Shown piece by piece: positions 19,654 through 29,643 of a DNA stretch of 64,000 nucleotides (positions within the stretch are counted from its first letter, which is position 1; each line of letters begins with the position of its first letter). The notes under the pieces are model-generated. The model saw nothing but the letters and a program-made list of their open reading frames with translations. It ran no database searches and had not been told where the DNA came from. Source of the DNA: Sulfuricurvum sp. PC08-66. Its GTDB lineage: Bacteria; Campylobacterota; Campylobacteria; Campylobacterales; Sulfurimonadaceae. The stretch covers positions 181,020-245,019 of the forward strand of contig JQIT01000002.1 of the NCBI GenBank assembly GCA_000830255.1. Direction: 5' to 3'. A program made the position numbers and the translations under genes.

Positions 19654-20916
19654 ATGGTTCGTGTTGGCATTATTGGCGTAGGGACTGTAGGTAGTAGCGT
19701 TGCAACTATTCTTAAAGCCAACCGTGACATCATTACGGCACGTGCAGGCGAAGAGATTGTCGTCGTCAAAGGTGTCGTATCCAACCTCGCCAAAGCACGC
19801 GCTATCGACATACCCCTAAGTGATGATGTCGATTTCATCCTCGAAGATGAGAGTATCGATGTAGTCGTAGAGCTAATGGGAGGCGTCGATAAAGCATTTG
19901 CTGTCGTCAAAAAAGCGCTTCTCAAAGGCAAATCGGTCGTCACTGCCAACAAAGCCCTCCTCGCCTATCACCGCTATGAGTTGCAAGATTTGGCAGGAGA
20001 TTTGGCGTTTGAGTACGAAGCGGCTGTGGCAGGTGGTATTCCCATCATCAATGCATTGCGCGATGGACTCTCTGCCAACCATATCGAGTCGATTCAGGGC
20101 ATCATGAACGGCACCTGCAACTACATGCTCACCAAAATGATGCACGAAGGTGTCGCCTACGATACCGTCCTCGCCCAAGCCCAAGCCCTTGGCTACGCTG
20201 AAGCGGATCCTACCTTCGATGTGGGTGGTTTTGATGCCGCGCACAAACTCCTCATCCTTGCCTCGATAGCATACGGTATCGATGCCAAGCCCGAAGAGAT
20301 TCTCATCGAAGGTATCCAAAATATTTCGCAAGAGGATATCGCCTTTGCCAAAGAGTTTGGGTATGTCATCAAGCTCATCACCATGGCAAAAAAAGTGGGT
20401 GATGAAGTAGAACTTCGCGTACACCCACTCCTCATCGATGAGGAAAAAATGATTGCCAAAGTCGATGGCGTGATGAATGCTATCTCAGTCGTGGGTGATT
20501 GCGTGGGTGAGACACTCTTCTATGGCGCAGGTGCAGGTGGCAATGCAACGGCTTCAGCTGTCATCGCCAATATCATCGATATTGCGCGTGCAGGCAAACG
20601 CTCTCCTATGTTGGGCTTCAACACTCCTACGCGCCACCCTCTACGTCTCAAAGACCCCAAGACCATCGAATCTGCCTACTATTTACGCCTAAGTGTCGAG
20701 GACAAACCAGGGGTTTTAGCCAAAATCACCGCCCTTTTTGCCGCCCAAAATATCTCCATCGAGAGCGTCATGCAGCGCCCTGCCCTGCCCAAAACCGCCA
20801 CACTCCTCTTCTCGACCCATGTGTGTCTCGAGGAGTCTATCATCAATCTCTTGGCGCAACTCTCTATACAGCCCTATAGTCTGGCTAAACCTGTCATGAT
20901 TCGCATCGACACCTAA
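19654..20916 (+). CDS. hom: Homoserine dehydrogenase
   Basis: 420 aa. N-terminal NAD-binding VGIIGVGTVG. C-terminal ACT domain (...YYLRLSVEDKPGVLAKITALFA...). Confidence 0.95.
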   Translation: MVRVGIIGVGTVGSSVATILKANRDIITARAGEEIVVVKGVVSNLAKARAIDIPLSDDVDFILEDESIDVVVELMGGVDKAFAVVKKALLKGKSVVTANKALLAYHRYELQDLAGDLAFEYEAAVAGGIPIINALRDGLSANHIESIQGIMNGTCNYMLTKMMHEGVAYDTVLAQAQALGYAEADPTFDVGGFDAAHKLLILASIAYGIDAKPEEILIEGIQNISQEDIAFAKEFGYVIKLITMAKKVGDEVELRVHPLLIDEEKMIAKVDGVMNAISVVGDCVGETLFYGAGAGGNATASAVIANIIDIARAGKRSPMLGFNTPTRHPLRLKDPKTIESAYYLRLSVEDKPGVLAKITALFAAQNISIESVMQRPALPKTATLLFSTHVCLEESIINLLAQLSIQPYSLAKPVMIRIDT

Positions 20917-20920
20917 GCCC

Positions 20921-21670
20921 ATGACAACCCTCATTACAGGTGCTAGCAGCGGTATTGGTGCGGCATTGGCTACGCATTTTGCAACACCCGATTCTCATCT
21001 GATTTTGGTAGCACGTAGAGTAGAACGCCTCCAAGAAGTAGCCGCACTTTGCCAAGCCAAAGGTGCTACCGTGACACTCTACAGCGTCGATTTGAGCGAC
21101 CTCGAGGCTACTGCACAACTGGGTCAAACGCTCACGCAACACACTATCGACCGTATCATTTTGAATGCAGGTATCTCCACAGGACACCATGCACTTTTGA
21201 CCCCCATCGAGCAAGCCGTACAGCTCTATAACACCAATCTTTTGGGCGTTCATGCGCTTTTGGTACCGCTCATTCCAATGCTACAAGCGCAAAAATCGGG
21301 ACATATTGTCTTTATCTCTTCGTTGGCTTCGCTCTACACCATGCCAAGTTCGCTTATCTATGCCAGCAGCAAACGTGCGCTCAATGCCTATGCGCAAGGG
21401 CTAGAGAATATGCTCCTACACGATGGCATCGATGTATCGATGATACTACCAGGTTTTATCCAAAGCGAATTGACCGCCAAAAATCACTTCAAAATGCCCT
21501 TTTTGCTCTCACTCGAAGCTGGAAGCGCGCGCATTGCACACGCTATTGAGCGTCGTCGTCGTTTTTACGCTTTTCCCTTTAGATTTGTTGCGATTATTTT
21601 CGCGCTTCGTATGCTTCCCTTTTTTCTAAGAGGTCGTTTAGTAAGATTTGCCAATTTCAACAAAGCGTAA
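20921..21670 (+). CDS. SDR-family short-chain dehydrogenase/reductase
   Basis: 249 aa. TGASSGIG cofactor motif, NAG, YASSK catalytic motif. Confidence 0.85.
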   Translation: MTTLITGASSGIGAALATHFATPDSHLILVARRVERLQEVAALCQAKGATVTLYSVDLSDLEATAQLGQTLTQHTIDRIILNAGISTGHHALLTPIEQAVQLYNTNLLGVHALLVPLIPMLQAQKSGHIVFISSLASLYTMPSSLIYASSKRALNAYAQGLENMLLHDGIDVSMILPGFIQSELTAKNHFKMPFLLSLEAGSARIAHAIERRRRFYAFPFRFVAIIFALRMLPFFLRGRLVRFANFNKA

Positions 21671-21685
21671 AACGTAAGGATATTC

Positions 21686-23755
21686 ATGTCGCACACAGCT
21701 CCCATCGACAGCGTTTGTACCTATTGTGGGGTCGGTTGCGATATTCAAGCACACGTCCAAGAGAACCAAATCCTCTCCATCAGTGCCGCCAAAGATGGTA
21801 TCGTCTCCCAAGGCAAACTCTGCGTCAAAGGCAAAACGGGTTTCGATTTCGTCACCTCACCCAATCGCGTCACAGCACCGCGTATTCGCAAACGTTTCGT
21901 CGAAAAAAACCCTGATGTGTGTGCACCTCATGCCCAACATTTTCAACACCTCGATGAGACATGGTATACCACCACCCTCGATGTAGCCACCTCTATCGCC
22001 GCGGCGAAAATGGCACAGATAAAAGCGCGTTATGGGCGTCACTCCTTGTGTTCCATCGGAGGTGCTCGTACCTCATGCGAATCAGCCTATCTCTTCCAAA
22101 AATACACGCGTCACACCATCGGCTCACCCCACATCGATAACTGTGCGCGCGTCTGCCACAGCCCAAGCCTCAAAGGAATGCGCACCACCATTGGCGAAGG
22201 TGCCGCGACCAACCCCTACGACGACATCTACCACACCGAATTTATCCTTGTCATAGGTAGCAACACCACCGAAGCGCACCCCATCGTAGCCAACCGCATC
22301 ATCGATGTAGCGCAACTGCATGATAATTTAGCCATCATCGATGTGCGCCGTATCAAACTGGGCAAATTCGCCAAATACCAAGCGGTCATTCCTCACGAAG
22401 CCAACCTGCTTGTGCTTAATATGATGGCGTATGTCATCCTCTCTGAAGAGCTTTATCACGAAGAGTTTGTACGTACACGTACCAAAGATTTCGACGCTTA
22501 CAAAGAGAGTATTCTCAACGATCCCTACGCCAATCCTCGCTTTTTTGAAAACATTGCTGGCTATGAAGAGCTGGTCAAAATCATCCCCAAAATCGCACGT
22601 GAATATGCACTCAAAAAGTCGATGATTTTTTGGGGATTGGGCATCACGGAACATATCGATGGCTCCAAAGCAGTCATGGCTATCACGCACTTAGCACTTT
22701 TGACGGGAAATATTGGCAAGCAAGGTGCAGGTCTCATGCCTCTACGCGGTCAGAACAATGTCCAAGGCGCTTGCGACATGGGATGTTTGCCCTACTATGC
22801 GCCTGACTACCAAACGCCCCAAGAGGAGGGTCTCATGACCCCGCAACTCATCGATGCGATGCTACGAGGTGAGGTGAAATCGCTTCACAATATGGGCGAA
22901 GATATTACACACATTCACCCCAACCTCACCAAGGTGCACGAGGCAATTTCCAAGCTCGAATTTATCTTGGTGCAAGAGATAATGATGAACGACATCGCGA
23001 ACAAAGCCGACATTGTCATCGGGGTCAAATCTGCCTATGAAAAGACAGGCGTTTATGTCAATGCGATGCGTCGATTGCACCTCTCACAACCGCTCGTGCA
23101 GAGTGACTTGCCAGATGATTGGGAGGTGATACAGCTTCTGGACAATAAATTAGGTGGTAATTACAACTACAAAGAGTCCAAGGATGTCTGGAGCGAAGTA
23201 CAACAAACCGCTCATCGACGCTTTTCAGGAGCAAGCTATTTGCGCCTAGAGCGCCATCGCAAACGTGGTTTGCAGTGGCCCGTCTATATCGAGGATACGC
23301 CTGTGCTGCATCTGCTTGATTTTCGTACCGAAGATGGGTTGGGACACTTCACCTACTATGGCTATGAGCTTCGCGGCATGGTGGCACAGCTCAAAAATCG
23401 CGCCCTCGAGGGATTTCATCTCACAACAGGTCGTACGCTGGTGCACTACAACAACGCCGCCCAGACCAAAGAGTCTCCCAAACTCCTTGAGAAACATACA
23501 CAAGATATCGTATTGGCCTCTAGCGAAGATGAAGCGCTCTTCCCAAAAGGCAAAATCATTCTCAAAACCCGTCACGGGGAAACCGCACCACTGGAGGTCA
23601 AATTCAGTGAGACCATCATGCCAAAAACACTTTACACCACTTTCCACCACGCTTCATCAGGTATCAATTACCTCTTTGGGGATGAGAGCGACTCTTTTGT
23701 CATGACTGCCGCTTTCAAGTCCGTACAAGTAGAAGTATTGCCCGCCAATGAGTAG
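21686..23755 (+). CDS. Molybdopterin oxidoreductase, FdhF/assimilatory-type catalytic subunit (no Sec codon, no adjacent partner subunits)
   Basis: 689 aa. N-terminal [4Fe-4S] motif CTYCGVGCDIQ...GKLCVKG, then molybdopterin-binding and C-terminal dinucleotide-binding regions. The ORF is uninterrupted, with no in-frame TGA. Confidence 0.75.
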   Translation: MSHTAPIDSVCTYCGVGCDIQAHVQENQILSISAAKDGIVSQGKLCVKGKTGFDFVTSPNRVTAPRIRKRFVEKNPDVCAPHAQHFQHLDETWYTTTLDVATSIAAAKMAQIKARYGRHSLCSIGGARTSCESAYLFQKYTRHTIGSPHIDNCARVCHSPSLKGMRTTIGEGAATNPYDDIYHTEFILVIGSNTTEAHPIVANRIIDVAQLHDNLAIIDVRRIKLGKFAKYQAVIPHEANLLVLNMMAYVILSEELYHEEFVRTRTKDFDAYKESILNDPYANPRFFENIAGYEELVKIIPKIAREYALKKSMIFWGLGITEHIDGSKAVMAITHLALLTGNIGKQGAGLMPLRGQNNVQGACDMGCLPYYAPDYQTPQEEGLMTPQLIDAMLRGEVKSLHNMGEDITHIHPNLTKVHEAISKLEFILVQEIMMNDIANKADIVIGVKSAYEKTGVYVNAMRRLHLSQPLVQSDLPDDWEVIQLLDNKLGGNYNYKESKDVWSEVQQTAHRRFSGASYLRLERHRKRGLQWPVYIEDTPVLHLLDFRTEDGLGHFTYYGYELRGMVAQLKNRALEGFHLTTGRTLVHYNNAAQTKESPKLLEKHTQDIVLASSEDEALFPKGKIILKTRHGETAPLEVKFSETIMPKTLYTTFHHASSGINYLFGDESDSFVMTAAFKSVQVEVLPANE

Positions 23756-24074
23756 AGAGCTAGGCGCCTACTACGAAGAGCGTGCCGCCAACTATCTCAT
23801 TGCCAACCGTTACACCATTGTCGAGCAAAACTTCACTACCAAAATGGGCGAAATTGATATCATCGCAACACGCGACAATGTTTACCACTTTGTCGAGGTA
23901 AAAGGCGGCATTGGCTTTGAACCTGTCTATAATATCACCCCTGCAAAATTACGTAAACTTATCAAAACGGTCTATGCCTATCTCAAGCTTCATCGACTCG
24001 ATGTAGCCTTTGTTATCGATGCCATTATTATCCAAGACAACGCCCTAGAATTTATCGAAAATATTACGCTATAA
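23748..24074 (+). CDS. yraN: YraN-family (UPF0102) endonuclease-like protein
   Basis: 108 aa. ...GEIDIIATRDNVYHFVEVKG..., a PD-(D/E)xK-like core typical of YraN. Confidence 0.75.
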   Translation: MSRELGAYYEERAANYLIANRYTIVEQNFTTKMGEIDIIATRDNVYHFVEVKGGIGFEPVYNITPAKLRKLIKTVYAYLKLHRLDVAFVIDAIIIQDNALEFIENITL

Positions 24075-24129
24075 TCGTCACTTGAAGCCTATTTAAGGGC
24101 TCGAAACGTATGTATAAAGATAAGTAATA

Positions 24130-24151
24130 CTTAAGTTTTCATAAGTATAAT
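24130..24151 (+). promoter_or_regulatory. Putative promoter for trxA (TATAAT -10 preceded by T-rich -16 region)
   Basis: ...agttttcataagTATAATtt... about 45 nt upstream of the trxA ATG. Epsilon-type promoters lack a strong -35. Confidence 0.3.
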
Positions 24152-24195
24152 TTAACTTTCAAATAACAAAAACGAAAGATTCAAAGGAAAAAACA

Positions 24196-24519
24196 ATGGC
24201 AAAATATAAAGAATTGACATCCGCAAATATCGACGCCGTCATTAGCGAAGGCGTTTCACTCGTAGATTTCTGGGCACCTTGGTGTGGACCTTGCCGCATG
24301 ATTGCTCCTGTTATCGAAGAACTAGCAGCTGAGTACGAAGGTCGTGCGAATATCTGTAAAGTCAACACAGATGAAGAGCAAGAGATTGCAGCACGCTACG
24401 GCATTCGCTCAATTCCTACACTCATTTTCTTCAAAAACGGAGAAATTGTAGACCAAGTTGTGGGCGCGGCTTCAAAACAAGCTTTTGCTCAAAAATTGGA
24501 AGCTCACCTTAAAGCCTAA
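24196..24519 (+). CDS. trxA: Thioredoxin
   Basis: 107 aa with the [13 protein letters not shown] active site. Confidence 0.95.
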   Translation: MAKYKELTSANIDAVISEGVSLVDFWAPWCGPCRMIAPVIEELAAEYEGRANICKVNTDEEQEIAARYGIRSIPTLIFFKNGEIVDQVVGAASKQAFAQKLEAHLKA

Positions 24520-24523
24520 TTTC

Positions 24524-24973
24524 ATGACAGAGGAGCATGGTCGTCGACCCTTCTCTGTCACTCTTCTCTTTGCCTCATTTTTTGGGGCGCTCATGATAGC
24601 TGCTGCTTTTGCTTATTTTAATTATAAATTCTCCGAATACAAATTTATCAATTTCAACGAATGGGTTCTCTACGAAAAAGAGGATATTTTTCACCCAAAA
24701 GCTTCTAGCTACACACTGCTTTTTTACAACTCCACCGTTGCAATGCCACGTGAAATATTGACCCAAATGCCCAATACACCGATATTAGCTATCGATTATG
24801 CGCAAAAAAAATTTCCCAACGAACCCAACATCACTTATGTCACTGCTCCCACTAATACACTGCTCTCTATTATCCAACGTTTCAACATTTACAAAGTCCC
24901 AACGCGCTTTGTTATCGTCCAATCCAAAGAGTCTCTTTATAAACAAGATAGTATGATTGAGGCCTTAGAATAG
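24524..24973 (+). CDS. Hypothetical membrane-anchored protein between trxA and trxB
   Basis: Trimmed to the MTEEHG Met. One N-terminal TM (VTLLFASFFGALMIAAAFAYF). A thioredoxin-fold-like tail (...TLLFYNST...FNIYKVPTRFVIV) carries no CxxC motif. Confidence 0.4.
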   Translation: MTEEHGRRPFSVTLLFASFFGALMIAAAFAYFNYKFSEYKFINFNEWVLYEKEDIFHPKASSYTLLFYNSTVAMPREILTQMPNTPILAIDYAQKKFPNEPNITYVTAPTNTLLSIIQRFNIYKVPTRFVIVQSKESLYKQDSMIEALE

Positions 24974-24981
24974 CGCAAAGG

Positions 24982-25926
24982 ATGGGCATGTTAGACCTAG
25001 CAATTATTGGTGGTGGACCAGCAGGATTGACAGCAGGATTGTACGCGACGCGCGGCGGCTTGGAAAATGTCACAATGTTCGAAAAAGGTATGCCAGGTGG
25101 ACAAATCACACAAAGCAGCGAAATTGAAAATTACCCAGGTGTAACAGGTGAAATTTCAGGCATGGATTTGATGATGCCATGGCCACAACAATGCCAAAAA
25201 TTTGGTCTCAAACATGCTATGGTAGAAGTAGACCGTGTAACGCACAACGGCAAATTTTTTACCGTTCATTTGGCAGATGGCACGACTGAAGATGCTATTT
25301 CAGTCATCACTTGTACAGGTTCTACACCCAAAAAAGCGGGTTTTGCAGGCGAAGATGAATTTTTTGGCAAAGGTGTAAGTACCTGCGCTACATGCGATGG
25401 CTTTTTTTACAAAGGTAAAGAGGTAGCCGTCATAGGTGGCGGTGATACAGCCATCGAAGAGGCTTTTTATCTCTCTAAAATCTGTAAAAAAGTCTATTTG
25501 GTACACAGACGTGATACCTTCCGTGCCGCTCCAAATACTGTTGCACGCCTCAAAAATACCGCAAACATTGAGCTCATTCTCAATGCCACACCTAAAGAGG
25601 TTTTAGGTGACGCAATGGGTGTTACGGGGCTAAGAGTGACAACACAACAGGGTGAAATTACCCTCAATGTTCCTGGGGTGTTTACTTTCGTAGGTAACAA
25701 CGTAAACAACACAGTCCTCAAACAAGAAAATGGAGCCTTTCTTTGCGAGATGACTCCATGGGGTGAAGTTGTGGTTGATATCACAATGGCGACCTCTCTC
25801 AAAGGTCTCTATGCCGCAGGTGATATGCGCATTAGCGCCTCAAAACAAGTCGTGTGTGCTGCTGGCGATGGCGCCACAGCAGCGCTTCAAGCTATCGCGT
25901 ATGTCGATAGCTACAAAAATCACTAA
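24982..25926 (+). CDS. trxB: Thioredoxin-disulfide reductase
   Basis: 314 aa. FAD motif AIIGGGPAG, redox-active CATCDG, second dinucleotide fold VIGGGDTA. Confidence 0.95.
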   Translation: MGMLDLAIIGGGPAGLTAGLYATRGGLENVTMFEKGMPGGQITQSSEIENYPGVTGEISGMDLMMPWPQQCQKFGLKHAMVEVDRVTHNGKFFTVHLADGTTEDAISVITCTGSTPKKAGFAGEDEFFGKGVSTCATCDGFFYKGKEVAVIGGGDTAIEEAFYLSKICKKVYLVHRRDTFRAAPNTVARLKNTANIELILNATPKEVLGDAMGVTGLRVTTQQGEITLNVPGVFTFVGNNVNNTVLKQENGAFLCEMTPWGEVVVDITMATSLKGLYAAGDMRISASKQVVCAAGDGATAALQAIAYVDSYKNH

Positions 25927-25958
25927 AATTATTCACAAGCAAAAGGAACATTTCTAGC

Positions 25959-26741
25959 ATGACGACACTAAAAGTAGGCGTTTTTGGTGCCACAGGACGT
26001 GTAGGGCAACTTATCCTAAACACGCTTCGCCAAGACAAAGAGGCGGGTGTATCCGTCGTATATGTGCGTAACAGTTTGGACTTCAGTGTCGACCCTTCCA
26101 TTTTGGTCACCAACGATATGCGTACTTTTCTCAAATCGTGTGATGTCGTTATCGATTTCTCACTCCCCGATGCGACAGAAAAACTGCTAGAAACTGCGAT
26201 GAAGGATCTACCAAAACCTCTAGTCATTGGCACTACGGGGTTATCACAACACCAGCTTAACCTCATGCAACAAGCTTCACAAACCATGCCTATTCTCTAC
26301 GCTACCAACATGTCATTGGGCGTAGCACTTTTGAATCAGCTTGTCGCATTGGCATCCAAATCACTCGATGGATTTGATATCGAGATAGTAGAGATGCATC
26401 ACAAATTCAAAAAAGATGCTCCAAGCGGTACAGCTCTCACGCTCGCTGAGCACGCGGCAAAAGCACGTGGACTCAATCTCGATGATGTACGCGTAAGTGG
26501 TCGCGATGGTGCAGTGGGTGAGCGTACACCTAATGAGATTAGTGTTATGGCTCTACGTGGTGGAGATGTTGTAGGACGTCATACGGTTGGGTTTTACAAC
26601 GAGGGTGAGTACTTAGAATTAACCCATACTGCAACGAATCGCGCGACTTTTGCTAAGGGTTCTATTCGTGCCGCCAAATGGCTCGTTTTGGCCTCAAATG
26701 GTCTACACACCATCAACGAGTGTTTAGGACTGGATTTATAA
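25959..26741 (+). CDS. dapB: 4-hydroxy-tetrahydrodipicolinate reductase
   Basis: 260 aa. VGVFGATGRVGQ NAD(P)-binding N-terminus and the DapB fold. Its stop overlaps the purF ATG (TAATG). Confidence 0.9.
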   Translation: MTTLKVGVFGATGRVGQLILNTLRQDKEAGVSVVYVRNSLDFSVDPSILVTNDMRTFLKSCDVVIDFSLPDATEKLLETAMKDLPKPLVIGTTGLSQHQLNLMQQASQTMPILYATNMSLGVALLNQLVALASKSLDGFDIEIVEMHHKFKKDAPSGTALTLAEHAAKARGLNLDDVRVSGRDGAVGERTPNEISVMALRGGDVVGRHTVGFYNEGEYLELTHTATNRATFAKGSIRAAKWLVLASNGLHTINECLGLDL

Positions 26742-28096
26742 TGCAAAGAGAACTCAACGAAGAGTGTGCTGTAGCAGGCGTTTTCAATCATAAAGATGCC
26801 TCAAAACTTACCTATTTTGCTCTCTTTTCACTCCAACATCGCGGTCAAGAAGCCGCAGGTATCTCCAGTAGTGATGGCAAAAAAATGCACACTATCAAAG
26901 ACAGAGGACTTGTCACGCAAGTCTTCGATGATGTAAAGCTCACCACCCTCAAAGGGCATATGGCAGTAGGACACACACGCTACTCTACCGCGGGCGATGA
27001 CTCGATTTTGGATGCACAGCCCGTCTATGCGCGCTACGATTTGGGTGAGATGGCAATCGTCCACAACGGTAACCTCACCAATGCACAATCGATTCGAGAC
27101 AAACTCATCTCCAAAGGTGCTATTTTTCAAACCTTTATGGATACCGAAAACCTTATTCACTTGATTGCCAAATCAGAGCAAGGAAAACTCGTAGAGCGTA
27201 TCATCGACGCTGTAAACAAAATCGAGGGCGCCTACTCGCTCATCATTCAATCACGCTCCAAAATGTTCGCTATTCGTGACCCACACGGCTTTCGTCCACT
27301 CTCCTACGCCAAAATTGGTGAAGGGTACATGGTTGCAAGCGAAACGTGCGCTTATGACCTTGTAGGGGCTGAATATGTACGTGATATTCTACCTGGTGAA
27401 ATGCTTATTTTTGAAAAAGGGATGGAGCCGCAATCACTTCAAATTATGCCCTCTACACCCAAGCACTGTATCTTTGAGTATGTCTATTTCGCACGACCAG
27501 ATTCAAATGTCTATGAACAAAACGTCTATACGCTTCGTAAGAAAATGGGCATTCAACTCGCACGTGAATCTGCCATCGATGCAGATATGGTTATCCCCGT
27601 ACCCGATGGTGGAGTACCTGCGGCAATAGGTTATTCACAAGCATCAGGCATACCTTTTGAGATGGCAATTATGCGCAATCATTATGTGGGTCGAACCTTT
27701 ATCGAACCTACGCAAGAGATACGTGACCTCAAAGTCAAAATGAAACTTAGCCCTATCAAAGAGATGATTCAAGGCAAACGTATCATCATCATCGATGACT
27801 CCATCGTACGCGGAACGACCAGTCGCAAAATCGTACGCATGCTCAAAGATGCAGGGGCAAAAGAGGTGCATATGCGTATCTCAAGCCCACCCACAACCGA
27901 TCCCTGTTTTTACGGTGTCGATACACCCAACAAAGACAAGCTTATTGCTGCAAACATGAGCCTCGATGAAATTCGTGACTATATCGGTGCAGACTCTTTG
28001 GCTTACCTCTCTGTCGAGGGACTTTATGCCAGCGTAGGTGGAGAGAAATCTCACTACTGTACCGCCTGTTTCACAGGAGAATACATCACAAGCTAA
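26741..28096 (+). CDS. purF: Amidophosphoribosyltransferase (with short propeptide)
   Basis: Start trimmed to MQRELNEECAVAGVF.... The N-terminal nucleophile Cys is preceded by a B. subtilis-like propeptide (..LNEEC). PRPP-binding IIIDDSIVRGTT. C-terminal Cys cluster (CFYG...CTAC). Confidence 0.95.
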   Translation: MQRELNEECAVAGVFNHKDASKLTYFALFSLQHRGQEAAGISSSDGKKMHTIKDRGLVTQVFDDVKLTTLKGHMAVGHTRYSTAGDDSILDAQPVYARYDLGEMAIVHNGNLTNAQSIRDKLISKGAIFQTFMDTENLIHLIAKSEQGKLVERIIDAVNKIEGAYSLIIQSRSKMFAIRDPHGFRPLSYAKIGEGYMVASETCAYDLVGAEYVRDILPGEMLIFEKGMEPQSLQIMPSTPKHCIFEYVYFARPDSNVYEQNVYTLRKKMGIQLARESAIDADMVIPVPDGGVPAAIGYSQASGIPFEMAIMRNHYVGRTFIEPTQEIRDLKVKMKLSPIKEMIQGKRIIIIDDSIVRGTTSRKIVRMLKDAGAKEVHMRISSPPTTDPCFYGVDTPNKDKLIAANMSLDEIRDYIGADSLAYLSVEGLYASVGGEKSHYCTACFTGEYITS

Positions 28097-28183
28097 CTTT
28101 CTTAAGAAGTAGCATCAAACGCCCTACTTTAGCCAAGCCGTAGTTGCTAAAGCTATAATATCTTCAAAAATCTAGGATATTTT

Positions 28184-29152
28184 TTGAAAAAAATTATGAC
28201 CTTTGGGCGCTACACCAAAAAGCGTTTTGGTGAAAAAGTCTACAAAATTCCCATAAGCATCTCTGGCTTCACCTGCCCCAATATTGATGGAACAGTAGCC
28301 ATTGGAGGGTGTACCTTTTGTGAAAATGACTCCTTTAGTCCGCAACTGCAAAAAGCCTCTCCCCTAGACAAGAGCAAAAAATTTTATCTCAACCTCCAAA
28401 GCGTTGAAAATCCTCTGCTTGACCAACAACTCGCACAGCTACAATGGCAATTCCAAACCCTCTCAAAAGCACTCAAAAAGAGTCATAACGCCAAAAAATT
28501 TTTGGTCTATTTTCAATCTTTTACCAATACCTATGCCCCACTGGAAACACTCAAAGCACTCTATGAAAAAGCACTCTCTTTTGAAAACGTAGTAGGCATG
28601 AGTATTGGCACGCGAACAGATAGCATCACCGATGAGACCCTTGCCTATTTGTCACAGCTAGCGCAAAAGCATGAAGTATGGGTCGAATATGGGGTGCAAA
28701 CGCTCTACGACGCTACACTAGCCAAAATCAATCGAGGCCATGACAGTGCAAATATTCGCTCTACCATTGCCAAGACAAAGGCGCTCGGGCTCAACGTGTG
28801 CGCCCATCTCATCTATGGTCTACCCGATGAAGATGCATCGATGATGCTACACTCTCTCGATGAGACACTCAACATGGGTGTCGACAGTATCAAAATTCAT
28901 CCTCAGTATGTTGTCAAAAAAACAGCCCTTGCCAACAGCTATACCAAGGGTGAATTTGTACCCATTTCGCTTGAACTCTATACACAACTGCTTATAGAGT
29001 CTCTCAAGCGTATACCTGCAACCCTCATAGTCCAACGCATCAGCGCAGGTATCGAAAACGACTCACTGCTCGCACCCTCATGGTGCTACAACAAAAATAG
29101 CACTATGGCGCACCTACGCCAAGCACTCAAAGCAAACAATATCGCCTATTAG
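28184..29152 (+). CDS. Radical SAM protein, TIGR01212 (YhcC-like) family
   Basis: 322 aa. ...KIPISISGFTCPNIDGTVAIGGCTFCEN... is an unusual Cys motif characteristic of the TIGR01212 family. Confidence 0.8.
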   Translation: MKKIMTFGRYTKKRFGEKVYKIPISISGFTCPNIDGTVAIGGCTFCENDSFSPQLQKASPLDKSKKFYLNLQSVENPLLDQQLAQLQWQFQTLSKALKKSHNAKKFLVYFQSFTNTYAPLETLKALYEKALSFENVVGMSIGTRTDSITDETLAYLSQLAQKHEVWVEYGVQTLYDATLAKINRGHDSANIRSTIAKTKALGLNVCAHLIYGLPDEDASMMLHSLDETLNMGVDSIKIHPQYVVKKTALANSYTKGEFVPISLELYTQLLIESLKRIPATLIVQRISAGIENDSLLAPSWCYNKNSTMAHLRQALKANNIAY

Positions 29153-29634
29153 TTCCAGCTCAAATCGTGACGAATCTCTGCTAGCTGATAGTTGGGTGGG
29201 TAGTTTATCGTGCATGAAAATTGTCGAATTTCACCCGCTCTCAAATCGCGCGCAACTTCGCAACTCTCTGAAAAACTTCCCGATTGTGCACCATTGGAAC
29301 TTAGCTTTTTACCTGAAACATTATTGATAACTTTGGTTTTGACATAGAGCTTTTTTATCGTATATTTGCCCGTATTTTTTACTTTTCCATAGACTACAAG
29401 CTGTTCTAGTGAGGTATTGCGTCGATTGTTCACAGAGACCAAGGTGGCGCTCTTCATCGATACATCGACCAACCAAATGAACCCATACCCAAGCCCAGCC
29501 AACAAAACCATAACAATGCCGTTGGTCAAAAGCATTGTTTTGAGAGAGGCATTGCGTGTAAGTATCGCCACAAGTAAAAAAACAAAAACCAATACAACAA
29601 TGATGACGATTTTAATAGCAAATAATATATCCAT
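29149..29634 (-). CDS. Small membrane protein, paralog 3 of a tandem triplet (hypothetical)
   Basis: 161 aa. N-terminal TM helices plus a C-terminal beta-rich domain (LVVYGKVKNTGKYTIKKLYVKTKVINNVSG) similar to the neighbour at 29644-30201. Confidence 0.5.
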   Translation of the reverse strand: MDILFAIKIVIIVVLVFVFLLVAILTRNASLKTMLLTNGIVMVLLAGLGYGFIWLVDVSMKSATLVSVNNRRNTSLEQLVVYGKVKNTGKYTIKKLYVKTKVINNVSGKKLSSNGAQSGSFSESCEVARDLRAGEIRQFSCTINYPPNYQLAEIRHDLSWN

Positions 29635-29643
29635 AACGACTCC

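Noticed and set aside
21686-23755. Possible selenocysteine (TGA) in the formate-dehydrogenase-like gene
   Set aside because: The ORF is continuous for 689 codons with no in-frame TGA, and a Cys occupies the N-terminal cluster. No SECIS-like hairpin was sought further.
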